A stretch of DNA of 64,000 bases, taken from positions 9,300,001 to 9,364,000 of the forward strand of contig JBHGNT010000018.1 in the NCBI GenBank assembly GCA_043228905.1. The letters run 5' to 3'. A program made the position numbers and the translations under genes. Shown piece by piece: positions 63,901 through 64,000 of the stretch. The notes under the pieces are model-generated. The model searched no databases and was not told where the DNA came from. It saw nothing but the letters and a program-made list of their open reading frames with translations. The first letter of the stretch is position 1. The number at the start of each line of letters is the position of its first letter. The stretch is from Azolla caroliniana. Its lineage: Eukaryota; Plantae; Polypodiophyta.

Positions 63901-64000
63901 ATGCCTTCGACTCGAGAGTTGAGACTTGACAATATATACACAGGTAAACTATACATATATACTTTGCTTCTGTCAATAATGGCTTATTTTTAGATCTTGT

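Overview
Eukaryotic land-plant nuclear DNA, probably a non-seed plant such as a fern (inferred from repeat types, not proven). Three host genes on +: a clade-G-like PP2C phosphatase (3 coding exons, 1016-2651), a single-exon Oxidored-like/OXLD1-type gene (27302-27799) and an At5g01610-like DUF538 gene (3 exons, 32481-35142). Most of the rest is nested, decayed transposons. A Copia at 11813-26853 (TSD GCTTG) contains a solo LTR, which itself contains a younger full-length Copia (14153-19856, TSD GAACA), plus a Gypsy-type 3' fragment ending in an LTR palindrome. A decayed ZNF862-like hAT lies at ~36.7-41.5 kb. A ~22-kb Athila-like Gypsy on - (41896-63900) hosts a second LTR element, a LINE and a solo LTR. 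Main observation: two diverged LTR elements share a homologous coiled-coil ORF, and both carry an inverted tRNA-Arg primer-binding site 2 bp from the 3' LTR, where the polypurine tract should be. The more complete copy has two convergent PBSs, suggesting PPT-independent plus-strand priming. Also notable: a second aspartic protease fused in frame behind an integrase, a 398-bp neighbouring fragment copied into the LTR palindrome, and a LINE with a possible extra 3' ORF. All coordinates were read by eye; no database searches were run.
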